From Nannocystales bacterium (GTDB taxonomy: Bacteria; Myxococcota_A; Polyangia; Nannocystales; Nannocystaceae), in contig JBOEGF010000011.1 of assembly GCA_050633305.1 (NCBI GenBank), positions 127,312-191,311 on the forward strand: a DNA stretch of 64,000 bases, in the 5' to 3' direction. Below the pieces are notes generated by a model. The model worked only from the letters and a program-made list of their open reading frames with translations, was not told the DNA's origin and made no database searches. The position numbers were made by a program, and so were the translations under genes. Of the stretch, positions 59,154-64,000 are shown piece by piece; within the stretch, counting starts at the first letter, position 1; each line of letters opens with the position of its first letter.

Positions 59154-60054
59154 GGGGGGCACCATCGTCGTCGGTGGGGGAAGGCTCGGGGGCGGGGGGC
59201 TCGGGGGTCCGGTAGGGGTCGAAGCGGGACACGCTGACGCGGCGGGTGTTGAAGCGCTCGAGCTCCGCTTCGGTGAACGCATCCTGCGGATCGCTGAACT
59301 CACGCTGGACGAACTGCGTAATGATCTGCCTGGCCTCGTCGCCAGCTTTGCGTCGCAGCCGATCCACCGTGAGCACGGCGTCGGCCGGAATGCCAGCCGT
59401 GTCGGTGCTCAGCCGGTCCTCGCAGGCGTCCCAGTGCTCGAACAGGATTTCGCGTCGCCGTTCGAGCGAGACCGACTCGTCCTTGGCCACCGCGAGGAGG
59501 TCAGCAGGAAGCTCGCGCAGACGCTTCTGAATCTGGCCCCGATTCCAGGCGATCGCGAGGTCGGTGCGGAACGCCTCGGTCTCTCGGAGCGCGCTCATCT
59601 TCGCCCCGGTCAGCAGGTCGTGGCCAGAGGCCCGGATGAGCCACTCCAGCGGACCCTGCATGCCGAACCCAGCGGGCCTGGAGGCGAAGCTGGATGCGCC
59701 GGGCCGTTTCCCGATCTTTCCGTTCTGCGAGTCCGCGGACGAAGGGCGTCGCCAACGATCTGCGAAGTAGGTCCGCCCATCCGGAGCGACGGTCATCGTG
59801 AAGCGACGTTCCGAGTCGACGTAGCGATAGCTTCCGTCGGGGAGCCGCTCGAGTCCGAGGTCCGCCGGGCGAGCTCGGACCGTGGCGGTGGGCTGTTCCT
59901 GCAGCACTGGGGCGGGGGGCGGCCCGCCCGAGGGCGCGCCACCGGGAGGCGGTGGCGCGGTGATGCGTTCTTCAGGCGGCCGGCGCGTCTCGGACGGCGG
60001 GGCCCACCCAAGTGCGACCGTGAGCAGCAGCGAGACGAGCATCGGCATCAGCAT
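59125..60054 (-). CDS. Hypothetical secreted protein
   Basis: Signal peptide, Pro-rich linker, helical domain with RRREILFEHWDAC. Confidence 0.7.
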   Translation of the reverse strand: MLMPMLVSLLLTVALGWAPPSETRRPPEERITAPPPPGGAPSGGPPPAPVLQEQPTATVRARPADLGLERLPDGSYRYVDSERRFTMTVAPDGRTYFADRWRRPSSADSQNGKIGKRPGASSFASRPAGFGMQGPLEWLIRASGHDLLTGAKMSALRETEAFRTDLAIAWNRGQIQKRLRELPADLLAVAKDESVSLERRREILFEHWDACEDRLSTDTAGIPADAVLTVDRLRRKAGDEARQIITQFVQREFSDPQDAFTEAELERFNTRRVSVSRFDPYRTPEPPAPEPSPTDDDGAPRELEPSPED

Positions 60055-60127
60055 GCCGCAGCTCGGTCGCCCGGTACCGTGCGGCCCCGCACAGCTGGTG
60101 GCGGGGAACAGGGCCGGCGTGCCGCTC

Positions 60128-60514
60128 TCAGCCGTCGGCGGTCAGCTTGGTGTAGGCCTCCACGTCCATCAGCCCTTCAAACGCGGCTGGGTCCGAGGGC
60201 TTGATCTTGAGCATCCAGCCGCCTTCGTACGGCGCCTCGTTGACGCTCTCGGGGGCGTCTTCGAGCGCGGCGTTGATCTCGACGACCTCGCCGTCGACCG
60301 GTGCGTACAGCTCGGAGACCGCCTTGACGGAATCCACGTCCCCAAAGGTCTCACCGACGGTCAGTGCGGTGCCTGCTTCGGGCAGCGTCACCATCGTGAT
60401 GTCGCCGAGCTGCTCGACAGCGTGGGACGTGATGCCCACGACCAGGAGGTCGCCCTCTTTGCGGGCCCACTCGTGCTCTTTGGTGTAGCGGAGGTCTGCA
60501 GGAAACTCGCTCAT
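60128..60514 (-). CDS. gcvH: Glycine cleavage system H protein
   Basis: LRYTKEHEW, VGITSHAVEQLGDI, DSVKAVSELYAP (lipoyl Lys), VNEAPYEGGW. Confidence 0.96.
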   Translation of the reverse strand: MSEFPADLRYTKEHEWARKEGDLLVVGITSHAVEQLGDITMVTLPEAGTALTVGETFGDVDSVKAVSELYAPVDGEVVEINAALEDAPESVNEAPYEGGWMLKIKPSDPAAFEGLMDVEAYTKLTADG

Positions 60515-60639
60515 GTTGGTGCTCGTTTGAATCGGAGTTGCTGGAGGAGCAGGGGCTTGGACGCACCCCTGGTTTTGACGGGCGCCGGGCAGCCTCGCTG
60601 CCGCAGCGGTTGGGATCGAAGGGTGATCCCACGAGAGGG

Positions 60640-61731
60640 CTAGCTTCGTTTGTAGAAGGGTCCCTTGACCTGCTCGGCTTCGAGGATGCGGCCGCGTTGC
60701 GAGAGTCGCAGCGCGCCGCCGGGGGATGCCATTGTCTTGGGCACGTACGCCAGACCGATCGCACCCCCGACCGTGGGCGCGACGCCGCCCGAGGTCACGC
60801 GGCCGACGACGGAATCGTCTTCGCCCAGGACGTCTGCGCCGGCGCGGACGATCCCGCGGGAGGTCACCTTGAAGCCGACGAGCTTTCGGGACACGCCCTG
60901 CGCCTTGACGGCACGGAGCGCCTCTTGGCCGATGAACGGGTGGGGCTTGTCGAGTTTGACGACCCAGCCCAGACCCGCTTCGTAGGGGTTGGTGGTGGTG
61001 TCGATGTCGTTGCCGTACAGCGAGAGCCGGGCTTCCAAACGAAGGGTGTCCCGCGCTCCCAGCCCGATCGGCTTCGCGCCTGCGGTCGTCAGCGTGTTCC
61101 AAACGGGGACGGCGGCGTCGGCGGGCACGAACAACTCGAATCCGTCCTCTCCGGTGTAGCCGGTCCGGGCCGCGAGGACCCGAACGCCCGCGACGTTGCC
61201 CTCACCCATCCCGAAGGAGGGAACCTCAGCAAGGGCGGCGCCGCCAAGCTCGGCCGCCATGGCGACGGCACCGGGCCCTTGAACCGCCAGCAGCGCGAAC
61301 TCGCCCGACCGGTCGGTCATCGTGCAGTCGCCCTCGAACGAGGCGAGGCCGGCCTCGAAGTGGGCGATGTCCTGGGCGATGTTCGCGGCGTTGATGACGA
61401 TGCGATACGTCTGCTCGGCCAGTTGGTAGACGATGCAGTCGTCGACGATGCCGCCGTCTTCCTGGCAGGTGACCGTGTACTGGGCCTTGCCCGGGACGAG
61501 CTTGCTGACGTCGTGGGTGACGAGCTTGGCGACTGCAGCCTGGGCGTCGGCCCCGACGAAGTCGACCTCGCCCATGTGGGAGACGTCGAAGATCCCGACG
61601 CCGGTGCGCACGGCCTCGTGCTCGGCGAGGATGCCCTCGTATTGGATAGGCATATCCCAGCCGCCGAAGGCGGTCATCTTCGCGCCAAGGGCGACGTGGG
61701 CGGCGTGCAGGGGCGTGGTCTGAAGGGTCAT
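60640..61731 (-). CDS. gcvT: Glycine cleavage system T protein (aminomethyltransferase)
   Basis: TTPLHAAH, FGGWDMPIQY, FDVSHMG, RTGYTGEDGFE, GLGARDTLRLEA; ATG 61731. Confidence 0.96.
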   Translation of the reverse strand: MTLQTTPLHAAHVALGAKMTAFGGWDMPIQYEGILAEHEAVRTGVGIFDVSHMGEVDFVGADAQAAVAKLVTHDVSKLVPGKAQYTVTCQEDGGIVDDCIVYQLAEQTYRIVINAANIAQDIAHFEAGLASFEGDCTMTDRSGEFALLAVQGPGAVAMAAELGGAALAEVPSFGMGEGNVAGVRVLAARTGYTGEDGFELFVPADAAVPVWNTLTTAGAKPIGLGARDTLRLEARLSLYGNDIDTTTNPYEAGLGWVVKLDKPHPFIGQEALRAVKAQGVSRKLVGFKVTSRGIVRAGADVLGEDDSVVGRVTSGGVAPTVGGAIGLAYVPKTMASPGGALRLSQRGRILEAEQVKGPFYKRS

Positions 61732-61825
61732 CGCGGCGCCTGCACTATCGAGCACCCGGCCCGGGCAGCGCAAGCGGTGGCAGGGGCCTTTGTCGGGGGG
61801 CGGCGGGCTTGCTAGATCACCCGGA

Positions 61826-62908
61826 GTGACTTTGTCTTTCGCCGCTCTCGCCTCGCGTCGCGTGCGCTGTCTTCTCGTCGCGGCCGCCTTGATGGGCGGT
61901 TGTCGGGGGAGGGGCACCGACGAACCCGAGGTCGAGCAAACGCAGCTGCAGGCGCAAGCCACGATCCGAAAGGCGATCCGTTCGTCACCGGAAGGGTTCA
62001 TCTTCTTGCCTTCGAAGCGGGCGCAGCGGGTGTACGAGTTGCCGCGCCTCAACGAAATCGCGCAGAGCATGCGACAGCCGGCCGCCGCGTGTTTCCTCGA
62101 GCAAGCGGTGCAGACGATGCGCACGGCCCCCGAGGCGGACCTCGGCTTCGCGGAGATTCCCGACGGCCAGGCGAAACTCCGGATGCGAGTCGCGGCGGAT
62201 GGAAAGGTTCTGCGGGTCGAAACGCTCGAGACCGGCTTCTCCACGGAGGCTGTGCCCGAGTGTGTGGCCGATGAGCTTCAGCGCCGCCGGTTTCCTTCGA
62301 ACGAGACCGGGACAGCGCACTACATCGACGTGGTGTACTGGGTGAGCCTGGGGCCGCAGCCGACCACGAACGGGCATGGCGAGCGCGTCCGTCGTGAGCA
62401 GGTGGAAGCGGGCGTGCGTGCCAAGAAGTGCTTGCAAGGCCGCGTCGGCGAAGGCTCTTACGCGGTGGCCGGTCTGAACCTCGTCGCCTCCAACGGGGCA
62501 ACGGTCGCCAACCGAGTCGAACAAGAGGGCTTGCCCGACGACGTGCGCCAGTGTGTCGCCACGGCGTTTCGCGCCCTGCGTCTGCTCGCCGACGAGTCCA
62601 CGTTCATTCGACCCGTGGTCGTCGGTACCCGGTTCGCCGTTGGGTCGGATGGCGGCGTCAAGGTGGACGACGAGGAGTGGCTGCGGTTGCTGGAACTCGA
62701 GGAACGGGCGCGTCGCGACTCGCTCCGCGCCGAGCAGGAGGCGGTCTCGCCCGTCGATACGCTTCCTCGCACGGCCCCTCCTCCCGAGCCTGGACGTCCG
62801 TCGCAGGGGGAGGCGGATGCCGAGCCGCAACCGCAGGCGCCCAAAGCCGACCCCGGTCAAGGAGGGCTTCGCCTGCGGATGGGCCCTCGCGAGGGTGGGA
62901 CCTTGTAG
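61826..62908 (+). CDS. Hypothetical lipoprotein with TonB-C/AgmX-like domain(s)
   Basis: Lipobox-like MGGC; ACF...KLRMRVAADGKV...ECVADELQRRRFP and a second KCL...QCVATAFRALRL unit. Start uncertain. Confidence 0.6.
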   Translation: MTLSFAALASRRVRCLLVAAALMGGCRGRGTDEPEVEQTQLQAQATIRKAIRSSPEGFIFLPSKRAQRVYELPRLNEIAQSMRQPAAACFLEQAVQTMRTAPEADLGFAEIPDGQAKLRMRVAADGKVLRVETLETGFSTEAVPECVADELQRRRFPSNETGTAHYIDVVYWVSLGPQPTTNGHGERVRREQVEAGVRAKKCLQGRVGEGSYAVAGLNLVASNGATVANRVEQEGLPDDVRQCVATAFRALRLLADESTFIRPVVVGTRFAVGSDGGVKVDDEEWLRLLELEERARRDSLRAEQEAVSPVDTLPRTAPPPEPGRPSQGEADAEPQPQAPKADPGQGGLRLRMGPREGGTL

Positions 62909-62963
62909 CGGAGCCAAGCGGGGACCGCACCTGTCTGCGGGTGATCCTCGCGGCCGCCGTGCT

Positions 62964-64000
62964 TCACTCCCGCGGGGGATCCGTGGACGCGTCGCTCGAT
63001 GGATCCGGTGATGGGCCCGGGTCGACGACCGGGCCGGCGCCGGATTCCTCGGCCGGGCTGAGGTCGCTCTCGAGCTCGACGGGGCCGTCGGGGATCGCTG
63101 CGACCTGCGACATCTCGATCGATTGAGAGATCGATGCGTGGGGGTCGATGTTCGCGATGAGGGAGGCTGCCTCGGTGTTCTCGAGGACCTCTTCGTGGTG
63201 CTTGTCTTCGGATGGGATCAGCAAGCTGACCGCCATCGACCCCGCGATCAGCCCCGCGACGATCCCAAGCGAGATGCCCACCGGGATGTGGAGCGGCGCG
63301 AGCAAGCCGAACAGACCCTCCGCCAGGATCATCTTGGCGCCGATGTACGACAGGACGAGGCCGAGCCCGTATTTGAGGTACGCGAACTTGTCGAGGATGC
63401 TCTGCAGTAGGAAGAACATCGCGCGCAGACCCAGGATCGCGCAGACGTTGCTCGTGAAGACGATGAACGGGTCTCGGCTGATGCCGAACACCGCCGGAAT
63501 CGAGTCGAGCGCGAAGACGACGTCCGAGGTCTCGATCATCAACAGGACGATGAACAGTGGGGTGAACCGCAAGCCTCGCTTGGTGCGGATCGCGAACTTG
63601 TCGCCGTGGTAGCGGCGGGTCAGCGGCAGCACCCTCTTGGCCAGTCGGTAGGCGATGTTGCCCGAGGGTTCCGGGTCGTCGTCGTCGGTGAACAGCAGGC
63701 GAATCCCCGTGAACAGGAGGAAGCCGCCGAAGATGTACAGCGACCACGAGAACATCTCGATCAGGCTGATGCCGACGAGAATGAACACGCCTCGAAGGAC
63801 GAGAGCACCGACGATGCCCGCGAACAACACGCGGTGCATCACCTCCGGCTTCACATCCATGTAGCGGAAGATGACGATGAAGACGAAGAGGTTGTCGACC
63901 GAGAGCGACTTCTCGATGAGGTAGGCGGAGAGGAACTCCAACCCCGCCTGCTCGCCGAGCGTCAGGTAGACATAGAGGTTGAAGCTCAGGCTCAGGAGGA
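62964..64000 (-). CDS. TerC/Alx family metal homeostasis membrane protein (5' end outside the window)
   Basis: YLIEKSLSVDNLFVF, HRVLFAGIVGALVLRG, IETSDVVFALDSIPAVFG, FTSNVCAILGLRA; the frame stays open to the window edge. Confidence 0.93.
   Translation of the reverse strand, partial: LLSLSFNLYVYLTLGEQAGLEFLSAYLIEKSLSVDNLFVFIVIFRYMDVKPEVMHRVLFAGIVGALVLRGVFILVGISLIEMFSWSLYIFGGFLLFTGIRLLFTDDDDPEPSGNIAYRLAKRVLPLTRRYHGDKFAIRTKRGLRFTPLFIVLLMIETSDVVFALDSIPAVFGISRDPFIVFTSNVCAILGLRAMFFLLQSILDKFAYLKYGLGLVLSYIGAKMILAEGLFGLLAPLHIPVGISLGIVAGLIAGSMAVSLLIPSEDKHHEEVLENTEAASLIANIDPHASISQSIEMSQVAAIPDGPVELESDLSPAEESGAGPVVDPGPSPDPSSDASTDPPRE

Noticed and set aside
61732..61825. Glycine riboswitch upstream of gcvT
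   Set aside because: The intergenic space is under 100 bp and lacks the recognisable aptamer consensus.

Overview
High-GC, densely coding chromosomal window from a myxobacterium (Myxococcota, probably Nannocystaceae-like). The taxon is inferred from MYXO-CTERM sorting signals, a GKAD lipoprotein motif, and many lipoproteins with Ser/Thr/Gly/Asp linkers. About 50 CDS are supportable. Housekeeping genes (holB partial, thrC, ppa, gltA, yggS, maf, recD2, ruvA, ruvC, mutL, miaA, accA, gcvT, gcvH) are interspersed with secreted or lipoprotein genes: a papain-family peptidase, a matrixin-type metalloprotease, and LamG, RCC1, thrombospondin-3, beta-helix, PEGA, TPR and TonB-C-like proteins. I found no rRNA, tRNA, CRISPR array, transposase or integrase. 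The most unusual element is a compact minus-strand unit at 9185-10876: PilZ protein, then a FliA/WhiG-type sigma factor, then a lipoprotein resembling a T3SS SctJ ring subunit with its first ring-building domain deleted. It has no other T3SS or flagellar genes nearby and two perfect TGAC-containing palindromes upstream. Other notable items are a MutL lacking its endonuclease motifs, a TPR-fused pseudo-rhomboid, a C1A protease with a histone-like polycationic arm, a maf-yggS-flavin/Fe-S amino-acid oxidase operon, and a tandem kappa-GST fusion. Start codons were chosen by eye and family assignments come from motif recognition; no searches were run.
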